Positions 26,165 to 34,424 of a stretch of 64,000 nt of DNA are shown in pieces. The notes beneath the pieces were generated by a model. It had not been told where the DNA came from. It saw nothing but the letters and a program-made list of their open reading frames with translations, and did not search any database. Both the position numbers and the translations under genes were made by a program. Location: assembly GCA_041690105.1 (NCBI GenBank), contig JAWLHX010000005.1, positions 1,551-65,550 on the forward strand. Direction: 5' to 3'. Numbering within the stretch: position 1 is the stretch's first letter; every line of letters starts with the position of its first letter. The stretch comes from Phycisphaerae bacterium (lineage in GTDB: Bacteria > Planctomycetota > Phycisphaerae > FEN-1346 > JAACEH01).

Positions 26165-26839
26165 TTAAAGACGGCGGTAAAGGTCGTTAATGTCGAATTG
26201 CTTACCGGGGCAATCGGTGGCTTTCAGGCTGCCATGTCCGTGTATGCGGCTCTTGGGAATGCTGTAACGCCCCTGGAGTTGCTGAATCAGGGCCGCCAGG
26301 CTTCGCATCTGGGCTTCGCTCGGCTTGCCATTATTGAAGTTTCCGACCAGGCAGATGCCGATGCCTACCTCGTTGAATTCCGGCCTTCCGCGCACCCTGC
26401 AATGGGCGCCGGTATTCTGCTCGCGCCACCGCGGGCCAAGCTCTATCTGCCCATCGGCTACACCCATGGTGCCATTGCCAATTGTAAAGTGGTATCCCAA
26501 CCCACCAGTCCAGCCCTGGCTGCGATGCACGCGGTCGAAAAAAGCGGCACTGCCCTTGTCGGTCGCCGAGTGGTGCACGACGATAAACCGCCACTTACGC
26601 TCTTTGACGCCGGGCAGCCAATTGGGCACACGGGTTGAAGCGGCCCTGGCAACAACCAGTTGTTCGGGGGCCGGCTTGTAGGTTGCCTGAGGACGGTAGT
26701 AACTCGATTGCCGCTGCGGGCCGCTGGGTGGAGCAGGCAGGTTGCGCACCAGGGCCGTCCCGTCGCCGCACCCGACGAGCATCGACATAATGAGTGAACA
26801 GAGCAGGAAGCTTTTTCTAAAGCCCGTTGGCGTCAACAT
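26165..26839 (-). CDS. Lipoprotein N-acetylmuramoyl-L-alanine amidase (Amidase_2/PGRP type), copy A
   Basis: LVGC lipobox; IVVHHSA, GLGYHF, GAH, IGICLVGNF, GH...TDCPG Zn ligands. Start ATG 26839 with AAGGTG upstream. Confidence 0.9.
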   Translation of the reverse strand: MLTPTGFRKSFLLCSLIMSMLVGCGDGTALVRNLPAPPSGPQRQSSYYRPQATYKPAPEQLVVARAASTRVPNWLPGVKERKWRFIVVHHSATDKGSAAFFDRVHRSQGWTGGLGYHFTIGNGTMGVADGQIELGPRWREQNTGAHCRVRGRPEFNEVGIGICLVGNFNNGKPSEAQMRSLAALIQQLQGRYSIPKSRIHGHGSLKATDCPGKQFDINDLYRRL

Positions 26840-27085
26840 CGTCACCTTTCGCTTCTGATCAGGTGTGGCGCGACGCACGAGTGTCCCATGTCCGGACAAC
26901 ATCGGGGCAGCAACCATCCGGGTGATGAGCCATGAGGCGCATTCTGCGCGAACTCTCGGCGCTTCGTTAATATCGACCGGTCAGTACCCGCTCATGCAGA
27001 AAAACTCTCGACACATGCTGAAGACGGGTGGGGGTGACGCTGCTGCACTGTCGCGAGTTACCTGATGGATGGGGTGCTTCGTCGA

Positions 27086-27121
27086 CACCCACAAGCAAAC
27101 AGCCGCTTGTGGGTGGCACCC
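27086..27121. repeat. REP-like palindrome, copy 2
   Basis: CACCCACAAGC-AAACAGCC-GCTTGTGGGTG-GCACCC; its reverse complement starts GGGTGCCACCCACAA like the 10237 copy. Confidence 0.65.
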
Positions 27122-27188
27122 AACAAATTATGAGCAATGGAGCACCAGCCTGCGGAAGCTGTCGGCCTCCTGCCCGACCAAAGCCTCA

Positions 27189-27260
27189 CCCTCATCCGGC
27201 CCCACGGGCCACCTTCTCCCGTCAAGCCCTTCGACGGGGCTCAGGGTGGGATGAGAAGGG
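27189..27260. repeat. Second palindromic intergenic element
   Basis: CCCTCATCCGGCCCCACGGGCCACCTTCTCCC...GGGATGAGAAGGG: self-complementary ends with an internal GGCCC/GGGCC hairpin. Confidence 0.45.
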
Positions 27261-27282
27261 TAACGGAAGAAACAGATGCCCT

Positions 27283-28038
27283 TCAGCGTCTAGCCATGTT
27301 CGGGCGACGGATTTCGTGCACGCGGGACATCAGGGTCTGGTACGGAAACAGCCGACCGGGACAATCGGTCTTGGCGCCTTGCACCTGGTTGTGCCCAATC
27401 ACCTTTTCGTCCGGAATGTTGTACTGCTGCTGGAGGTAAGCCACCAGCCTGGCCGCATTTTCGAGCTGCTGGCGGGTCGGTCGCGCGAGATTGAAATCGC
27501 CCACCAGACAAATGCCTATTCCATAGCGGTTCCAGTAATTGTCATCGGTCTTGCTGACGCGGACATGGGCTCCGTGCTTTTGCACCGGCCAACGCGGACC
27601 GACGGTCACTTTGCCGTCCACTCCGCCATTGCCGTTGGTTATCACAAAATGGTAGCCAAGCTCATCCCAGCCATTGTTTACGCGGTGATCTCGATCGATC
27701 ATGGCTGCATTGCCGCGGTCGGCAGCGCTGTGGTGGAGGATGATGTGCGTCCAGCGGTGGCCATCAGTCACCGCCCAATCAGCTGCGAGCGGCTGGACAC
27801 GATTCTGAACAGGAGTTGGCTGCGGGCGCGGCGACGGCGCTTCGCTGTGGTCAACCACCGGCCGCTGAACGACCCGCAATTCCTGCGGCAGCTGCCGATA
27901 AACAATGGGCGGCGGCGGAGTTATCTCAGGTTTGGGCACAGCCCCCACTCGCGCTCCATTGGGAGGCACTGTGCAGCCAGCCGCAATTGCCGTCACACTC
28001 AGAAGCAATAGTAACGTCAGCCACCTGCTGATGCTCAT
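27283..28038 (-). CDS. Lipoprotein N-acetylmuramoyl-L-alanine amidase (Amidase_2/PGRP type), copy B
   Basis: AAGC lipobox; Pro-rich linker; IILHHSA, ELGYHF, GAH, IGICLVGDF, IGH...TDCPG. Confidence 0.92.
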   Translation of the reverse strand: MSISRWLTLLLLLSVTAIAAGCTVPPNGARVGAVPKPEITPPPPIVYRQLPQELRVVQRPVVDHSEAPSPRPQPTPVQNRVQPLAADWAVTDGHRWTHIILHHSAADRGNAAMIDRDHRVNNGWDELGYHFVITNGNGGVDGKVTVGPRWPVQKHGAHVRVSKTDDNYWNRYGIGICLVGDFNLARPTRQQLENAARLVAYLQQQYNIPDEKVIGHNQVQGAKTDCPGRLFPYQTLMSRVHEIRRPNMARR

Positions 28039-28144
28039 GCCCGCCCTGCCCTTCGCTGTTATGCCCGATTCATCGCCCAGGCTTGCAACGCCGGGGCGGC
28101 AAAAAAGCTGGTATTTGAGAAATTGAACTATCGCGGAAACCGAT

Positions 28145-28332
28145 CCGGATAAAAAGGAGAAAGCACTGGGTCAGAAAACCCGTCCATGGAGTCACAATTG
28201 CGTCTGATGATAGCTGTGGAGGCAGGCAACCGATTTCTTTGGCTAATCAGTTGAACAAATCACGGGAAAATCTGCACCAGAAGACCACTTTCCGTCCGCT
28301 TCGCTCCGCCCCGCTTCAGGCCCCTTTTCCGG
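28145..28332 (-). ncRNA. Candidate 6S RNA-like rod-shaped ncRNA
   Basis: 188-nt span with three nested helices symmetric about ~28240, directly downstream of a TTGACA-16-TATGAT promoter; no ORF. Identity as 6S is inferred only. Confidence 0.4.
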
Positions 28333-28350
28333 CGACCACCATAGTAGCCG

Positions 28351-28378
28351 ATCATAATGGGTTTTCGGTCACTGTCAA
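28351..28378 (-). promoter_or_regulatory. Near-consensus sigma70 promoter
   Basis: Minus strand TTGACA (28378-28373), 16 bp spacer, TATGAT (28356-28351). Confidence 0.65.
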
Positions 28379-28490
28379 GCCGCGATGTCAGCTATTGCCC
28401 AGGGCGGTTTGACTAAACCTTAACCCACTTACCGGCCGACTGTTGTAAGTAACTGCGCCTCTTAGACAAAATGCGCAAAATGGGAGAAAC

Positions 28491-29942
28491 ATGACAACCC
28501 GAGTAGAACCAATTCAACTGAGAATCGCCGGCGATGGCATGAAGCTCAGCGTCACGGTGCATGGGCCGCTGGATGCCGAGACGGCCATCGATCAGCAGTA
28601 CCTGCTGGACCGTCTGGAGGAGATGGAAATCGAGCTTACGCCCTCCCTGCGGCAGAAGACGGCCGAGTTGGCTGCTCGCCTGGCCGCCGGAGAGCTTCCC
28701 GCCGAACCAGTTCTGCTGGCCGAGGGCATTGCCCCGGAGCATGGCCGCGATGGCTGCATAGAATGGCAAGAGCAGTTTTCGCCCGACCGGCTGCAGGCGC
28801 AAGCGCAGCAACAGGATGACGACGATCAGGCGGCGGTCGACCATTATTCCCGCACCAACGTCATCAGTGTGAAGGAAGCCGACCTGCTCTGCACCATTGT
28901 GCCGCCCACCGCAGGACGGTCCGGGCGTAATCTCCTCGGAGCGGAAGTTGCCGCGCGCAAGGGGAAGTCGGCCGGTTTTCATTTCGGCCAGGGGACGGTT
29001 GTGCTGGATGATGGCCGGGTGGTGGCCACCATGGGCGGACGCCTGCACGTGGTTGGCCAGAACGTCTGGGTAAACCCGCTGCTGGTTGTGCAGGGCAATG
29101 TCGATTTCGAGTCAGGCAACGTGGACTTCGACGGAGATGTCCTTATCGAGGGCAACGTGCTGGACCTGTTCAGCGTTCGCTGCTCGAAAAATGCGGTTAT
29201 TCGCGGCATTGTTGAGGCCGCCCGAATCAGTTGCGCTGGCGACCTGGAGGTGCTTGGCGGCATCAACGGTAAGCAGAAAGCACAGATCGAAGTCGGAGGC
29301 CGGCTTAAAGCCCGCTTTCTGGACAACACCACCATCAGCGCCGGTGGCGATGTGCTCATCCAGAGCGAGATGGTCAACAGCAATCTCACCACGTCCCGCA
29401 GGGTCAGGGTGCTGGGGGACATAAAGGCCAGCCGCATCGAGGCTGCCGGCGGCGTGGAAGCTGGCAACATCGGCTCCGAGAGCGGAGTGCGGGCCACCAT
29501 TGTCGTGGGCAACGATCGGCTGGCAGCCGAGCGGCTGTCGCAGGTCGAACGCGAACTGGAATCGCTCGATCAGCAGGTCCGCCTGGATCAGGCCAAAGCC
29601 GCCCCGCTGGTGCAGCGTCAGCATGCCATGGTCGAGCTACAAAAGGTCCGGCTCATCAAACTTCTGACCGGCCTGAAAGAGGCCATGCACAGGATGGAAC
29701 AGTTGAAGAAGGAACGCGAGGCATTGTCGGTCGCTGCGCGGGTCAATCGGCAGGCCAACGTCAAGGTGCGCGAACTGATCCGCGACGGTACGAGCGTACA
29801 GATTGGCGTTGTCTGCACTACGCTGCGGGAATCGCTCCGCGGTCCGCTGACGATGAGCTTCTCGATGATCGATAACCAGCCCCGCATTGTCGTCGGCAGC
29901 GGACAGGGCGGCATGCTGGTTCTGGACAGTCACGAAAAATGA
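28491..29942 (+). CDS. FapA (DUF342) family protein
   Basis: GIAPEHGRDG, IVPPTAG..G.NLLG, GNVDFESGNVDFDGDVLIEGNV beta-helix, C-terminal coiled coil. Confidence 0.9.
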   Translation: MTTRVEPIQLRIAGDGMKLSVTVHGPLDAETAIDQQYLLDRLEEMEIELTPSLRQKTAELAARLAAGELPAEPVLLAEGIAPEHGRDGCIEWQEQFSPDRLQAQAQQQDDDDQAAVDHYSRTNVISVKEADLLCTIVPPTAGRSGRNLLGAEVAARKGKSAGFHFGQGTVVLDDGRVVATMGGRLHVVGQNVWVNPLLVVQGNVDFESGNVDFDGDVLIEGNVLDLFSVRCSKNAVIRGIVEAARISCAGDLEVLGGINGKQKAQIEVGGRLKARFLDNTTISAGGDVLIQSEMVNSNLTTSRRVRVLGDIKASRIEAAGGVEAGNIGSESGVRATIVVGNDRLAAERLSQVERELESLDQQVRLDQAKAAPLVQRQHAMVELQKVRLIKLLTGLKEAMHRMEQLKKEREALSVAARVNRQANVKVRELIRDGTSVQIGVVCTTLRESLRGPLTMSFSMIDNQPRIVVGSGQGGMLVLDSHEK

Positions 29943-30183
29943 CCTGTTCCGCGGCTGCCCAAGAGCGTAGAATTCCAGGAATGGCCGTCCGTCATCGCCC
30001 GGAGACGTACCCGCCAATACTGCCCTGCTTGACATGAGATACCGGCGGATTTACCGCCTGCTTTGGTTGTGCTGATTTTGCTGCCATTGGCCCCGCCGGC
30101 CATGGCCGGTGTGTAATTGTCTGCAACGAGGGGGCGATGCGCTATCGTCGCCAATCCGGGTTTAACTGGGGGAGCACTGAAAT

Positions 30184-32013
30184 ATGTGCGGAATAATCGC
30201 TTACCTTGGACAGCGTCAGGCCGAGCCCATACTTATTGAAGGTCTGAAGCGACTGGAGTACCGCGGCTACGATTCGGCCGGCGTCGCTCTGCGCTGCGCC
30301 GACGCCTTGCGTACGGTCAAATCGGTTGGCCGCATCCTTAATCTGGAAAACCGGCTGAGCGAGGAGCCTTGCCAGGAGGGCCACCTGGGCATTGCCCACA
30401 CCCGTTGGGCGACTCACGGCGGCCCCACCGAGATTAACGCCCATCCGCACACCGATACCGCCGGCAAGATTGCAGTGGTGCATAACGGCATCATCGAAAA
30501 CCACGGCGCACTGCGCAAACTGCTGGAACAGGAGGGCGTAACCTTCCGGAGCGAAACCGACAGCGAAGTGCTCCCGCACCTGTTCGCCAAGTATTATCGG
30601 GGAGACCTGGCCGAGGCCGTCAGACGCGGACTGAAGGACGTGCGCGGCACATACGGCATTGCCGTCATTCACTATGATCAGCCCGGCGTTCTGGTTGCAG
30701 CACGTAACGGCAGCCCCCTGATCGTCGGCGTGGGCAGCGGCGAGTTCGTGGTAGCCAGCGACGCCTCGGCTATCATCTCGCACACCACCAGCGTTATTTA
30801 CCTGGCCGACCGTGAGATTATTTCGATCAGCTGCGACGGCTTCCAGACTACTACCATCGATGCAGTGCCCACCACCAAGGAGGTTCAGCAGGTGGAGTGG
30901 GATCTGGAACAGATTGAGCGCAAGGGCTTTGCCCACTTCATGCTGAAGGAAATATGCGAGCAGCCCGAGAGCCTGAGCGACACCATGCGCGGCCGCATCG
31001 ATCTGGAGGATGCACAGGCCGTGCTCGGCGGTGTGCGCAATTTTGCCAAGGAACTGACCCGGGCCCGCAGAATTATCCTCACCGGTTGCGGCACGGCCTG
31101 GCATGCCGGGCTGATTGGCGAGTATCTGCTGGAAGACCTGGCCCGAGTGCCGGCCGAGGTCGAGTACGCCAGCGAGTTCCGCTATCGCAATCCGATAATT
31201 GAAGATGGCACCGTGGTCATTGCCATCAGCCAGAGCGGCGAGACAGCCGACACCCTGGCCGCCATTCGCGAGGCAAAAAACAAGGGTGCCCTGACCCTGG
31301 GCATTGTCAACACGGTGGGCTCGACCATCGCCCGCGAAACCGATGCCGGAGTGTACCTGCACGCCGGTCCGGAAATCGGCGTGGCCAGCACCAAGGCCTT
31401 CACCAGTCAACTGGCCGTCCTCTTCCTGATGACGCTGTTTATTGGCCGGCGGCGACACATGGCTCATCATCATGCCACCGACATCATCCACGCCCTGTCG
31501 CGAATTCCGGGACAGGTGCGGGAGATTGTCGAGCGGGCCCCGCAGATTGAAGAGATTGCCGCCTGCTATAAGGATCGGGAAAACTGGCTTTACCTGGGCC
31601 GCGGCTACAACTTCCCGGTGGCCCTGGAGGGAGCCCTGAAGCTGAAGGAAATCAGCTACGTACATGCCGAAGGCCTGCCTGCGGCCGAGATGAAGCACGG
31701 CCCCATTGCCCTCATAACCAAGGGTATGCCGGTGGTCTTCCTGGCCAACCGCGGCCTGCAGTACGAGAAAATTCTGAGCAATATCGAGGAGGTCCGCAGC
31801 CGCGGCGGAGTGGTCATCGCCATTGCCACCGAGGGCGACGAGGAGATAGCCGAGAAGGCCAACCACGTCTTCTATGTGCCCGACGTGGACGAACCGCTGC
31901 AGCCGCTGGTTAACGTCATCCCGCTGCAAATGCTGGCCTATCATGTAGCCGTCATGCGTGGCTGCGAGGTCGACAAGCCCCGCAACCTGGCCAAAAGCGT
32001 AACCGTTGAATGA
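30184..32013 (+). CDS. glmS: Glutamine-fructose-6-phosphate aminotransferase
   Basis: MCGII, RLEYRGYDSAG, HTRWATHG, SQSGETADT, VASTKAF, EGALKLKEISY, PRNLAKSVTVE. Confidence 0.99.
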   Translation: MCGIIAYLGQRQAEPILIEGLKRLEYRGYDSAGVALRCADALRTVKSVGRILNLENRLSEEPCQEGHLGIAHTRWATHGGPTEINAHPHTDTAGKIAVVHNGIIENHGALRKLLEQEGVTFRSETDSEVLPHLFAKYYRGDLAEAVRRGLKDVRGTYGIAVIHYDQPGVLVAARNGSPLIVGVGSGEFVVASDASAIISHTTSVIYLADREIISISCDGFQTTTIDAVPTTKEVQQVEWDLEQIERKGFAHFMLKEICEQPESLSDTMRGRIDLEDAQAVLGGVRNFAKELTRARRIILTGCGTAWHAGLIGEYLLEDLARVPAEVEYASEFRYRNPIIEDGTVVIAISQSGETADTLAAIREAKNKGALTLGIVNTVGSTIARETDAGVYLHAGPEIGVASTKAFTSQLAVLFLMTLFIGRRRHMAHHHATDIIHALSRIPGQVREIVERAPQIEEIAACYKDRENWLYLGRGYNFPVALEGALKLKEISYVHAEGLPAAEMKHGPIALITKGMPVVFLANRGLQYEKILSNIEEVRSRGGVVIAIATEGDEEIAEKANHVFYVPDVDEPLQPLVNVIPLQMLAYHVAVMRGCEVDKPRNLAKSVTVE

Positions 32014-32165
32014 TTGCGGCAGGGCCAGGCTGCGAATGATCTGTCAGGGCCCAGACTGTGCGGCGGGCCTCAGACTGCGCGGCGGTTCCGACTTTCGGGC
32101 TGCAAGCAGTGTGGCCGGTTCGCGGAAGTACAATTGGCTGATTATCAATTGGCCAACCAGCAGCC

Positions 32166-32194
32166 TTGAAAAGCATTGAAGTGCAGAGTATGAT
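32166..32194 (+). promoter_or_regulatory. sigma70 promoter of tRNA-Pro
   Basis: TTGAAA, 17 bp spacer, TATGAT, 21 bp upstream of the tRNA. Confidence 0.65.
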
Positions 32195-32215
32195 GTCTCA
32201 GATAATTAACGTACT

Positions 32216-32290
32216 CGGGGTGTAGCTCAGCTTGGCTAGAGCGCCTGCTTTGGGAGCAGGAGGTCACAGGTTCGAATCCTGCCACCCCGA
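32216..32290 (+). tRNA. tRNA-Pro (anticodon TGG)
   Basis: Acceptor CGGGGTG/CACCCCG, D arm GCTC/GAGC, anticodon arm CCTGC-TTTGGGA-GCAGG, T loop GGTTCGAATCC. CCA not encoded. Confidence 0.97.
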
Positions 32291-32304
32291 CTTTTCCTCA
32301 CGAC

Positions 32305-32340
32305 AAAGCCTTCCGCCAGAAACGGAGGGCTTTCTTCTTG
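32305..32340 (+). terminator. Intrinsic terminator after tRNA-Pro
   Basis: AAAGCCTTCCG-CCAGAAA-CGGAGGGCTTT followed by CTTCTTG. Confidence 0.6.
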
Positions 32341-32450
32341 CGCAGGTTTAATTTATAATCGCCCTCATAATCGCTCGGTTCGAACTCGCCGGGGAGGCGA
32401 CTGGATTTACGAACCCGGAGGGTGGAGCTGCACAGAGAAGGCTGACCCGG

Positions 32451-32723
32451 ATGGCCAACAGGGACATCATTCTTCGGATGCACCAACTGCTCGACGCCTA
32501 CGAGGCTGGCGAAATGAGTCCGGAGCAGGTCGAGAAATCAGTCCAGTTCCACATGGAAGCGCTGGAGCGTCTTCCCTACAAGCGAATCAAGGAGGCAGAT
32601 AGCTTGTGTCACCGGCTCGTGACTGTCCACATGTTAATGGGTGAGGAGGAGTTCATCAGCCCTGAAGAGGTCCGGGACGTCCTGAAGCAGTTTCGAGCAT
32701 TCCTGTCCGCGTTGCCATCCTGA
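32451..32723 (+). CDS. Small hypothetical helical protein (90 aa)
   Basis: Clean ATG-TGA ORF with natural amphipathic composition, alone in an intergenic gap; no family recognised. Confidence 0.6.
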   Translation: MANRDIILRMHQLLDAYEAGEMSPEQVEKSVQFHMEALERLPYKRIKEADSLCHRLVTVHMLMGEEEFISPEEVRDVLKQFRAFLSALPS

Positions 32724-33087
32724 TCCATTGCGGAAGTGGCTGCTGGATGAACACCGCCACGTACGGCTGTACTCCCTCCCGCGGTTTGAAGTTCGGCCAG
32801 TCGCCCCGACCATATTCAAAGAAGCCGCGCGGCGGATATGCTGGGCGGCTTTTTCCTTGTTTTCATGGGGCTGGCGGCGGTACCATCGCCATGGCTCGTT
32901 CGAATTTCAAGTGCTTTGAGCCGCTCGCGTTCGAACCGTGCAAAGGTGCGGGGGTACGCCTGCTCTGTGCGCTCTGCCGTTGCCGTTCGGCGGAGGCATG
33001 GCCGCAAGCGGCTATGGCACCCGGCAGCTGCCCCAGCAGCAACCCAACCGACCCGGCCTAGCCGGAAGCGCATTGAGGAGAGCGACG

Positions 33088-34191
33088 ATGACTTGTGCGG
33101 CACAGCGATGGTTGACGGTTCCATTCATACTTCTGGCCGCCATGGCGCTTGGCTGTGTTGCCGCGGCAGACGTCTCGCCGGCGAAGAATCCCGCTGCCGC
33201 TGACACGCCACAAACCATTTCGCCGGAGACTCCCGCGTCTGAGACTCCAGCGTCTGAAGACCCGGCTACGCCGTGGTCCCCCGCACCAGCCTCACCGCTG
33301 ACGCAGGAAGAATTCCCGCTGCCACGTCACGATCCGCGCCCGCTGATGCAGAAGCTTATCGAGCGAAAGGAGCCCACCGCCAGCACGCCTTTCACCTTTG
33401 TGGTCCTCGCCGACTGGCATGCCCGCGCGGATGCCCCGGGCATCTTCAATCTCACCGACAAACTCCAGCCCGATTTCATCCTGACGCTTGGCGACATGGT
33501 CAATACCGCAGGGCCAGGTCTTGATGACTGGCGGACGCTGGAGCGTGTTGCAGGGGACCTGTTTCGCAAGTATCCAACCTGGTCGGTAATGGGCAATCAC
33601 GATGGCGGCTCGCACCGGCAACAGCGCGGTCGCCAGTACCACTCAGCCTATTGGGCACAACCGCATAACGACATTTTTCATTTCACCTATGCCAACGCCA
33701 CGTTCATCGGCCTGCCGTGGTATTGGTCGCCGGAGTTTGAAAACGTGCCGAAGAAGTTGGAGCAGGCCCTGGCCGCGGCCCAGGGCACGCATATCTTCGT
33801 CTTCAGCCACTATGTTCCCTGGGCCATGGGCCTGCATCCCCGCGAGCAGCACATTCACCTGCTTGCCAAGTACAACGTGCTGGCGGTACTGGACGCCCAC
33901 ATCCATACCTACCGGCGGGGCCAGCGATATGGCGTCCAGCACATCTCCGCCGGGATCAACGGCCCGCGAAGACCTCCAGACGAGGGCAACAAACAGTTTC
34001 TCATACAGTTCACCGTGGACGGCGAGCGCGTCACGCTTCGCCTTCTGGATGCCGAGGGTAAGGAGTGGGACCGGGCCACGCTGGCAGGGCCGCAGGCCCC
34101 TGCGGCGGCAGAAGCCGATCGGCAATCGGCCGATCCACCGTTGGCCCCCGCCCCTGCCGCCGAAGAGACACCTACCCCGACCAGCAACTGA
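33088..34191 (+). CDS. Exported calcineurin-like metallophosphoesterase
   Basis: GAGGAG RBS; signal/lipo peptide (ALGC); motifs ADWH, LGDMV, GNHD, SH, AHIH. Confidence 0.88.
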   Translation: MTCAAQRWLTVPFILLAAMALGCVAAADVSPAKNPAAADTPQTISPETPASETPASEDPATPWSPAPASPLTQEEFPLPRHDPRPLMQKLIERKEPTASTPFTFVVLADWHARADAPGIFNLTDKLQPDFILTLGDMVNTAGPGLDDWRTLERVAGDLFRKYPTWSVMGNHDGGSHRQQRGRQYHSAYWAQPHNDIFHFTYANATFIGLPWYWSPEFENVPKKLEQALAAAQGTHIFVFSHYVPWAMGLHPREQHIHLLAKYNVLAVLDAHIHTYRRGQRYGVQHISAGINGPRRPPDEGNKQFLIQFTVDGERVTLRLLDAEGKEWDRATLAGPQAPAAAEADRQSADPPLAPAPAAEETPTPTSN

Positions 34192-34424
34192 AGAAAGCCG
34201 TTCGGCGATACCGTCGAATGGCTCTCTTTATAAGACAAACACTTGTGTCGCTCTCCGTGCGGTTCAAACTCACCGCTTCTAATGACCTCCCGTCTCCGGG
34301 CCTTGTTTGAACCGCGCCGGAGGCCATTCTTGACACCTGCCGCCCATACCATATAATCCACGCTTTCGGCCTCATCAAGGGGCGCCGGTTACGGTTGCCA
34401 GGTCCAGGCAAAGGTGAATAGACA

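Noticed and set aside
26165-28038. Prophage endolysins
   Set aside because: Both amidases have lipoprotein signals, and there are no holin, structural or integrase genes nearby.
28380-28490. c-di-GMP riboswitch upstream of the FapA-family gene
   Set aside because: No GGCAAAC...GAAA...GACGCAAA-type consensus seen on either strand.
29943-30183. glmS ribozyme upstream of glmS
   Set aside because: The leader is long enough, but I could not find the conserved core (AGCGC...GACGAGG).
32216-32760. Integrative element at tRNA-Pro
   Set aside because: No integrase and no duplicated tRNA 3' end seen; retained only as a weak remnant hypothesis.
33226-33268. Short tandem repeat GAGACTCC(C/A)GCGTCT encoding ETPAS-ETPAS-EDPA
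   Set aside because: Ordinary low-complexity linker after a signal peptide.
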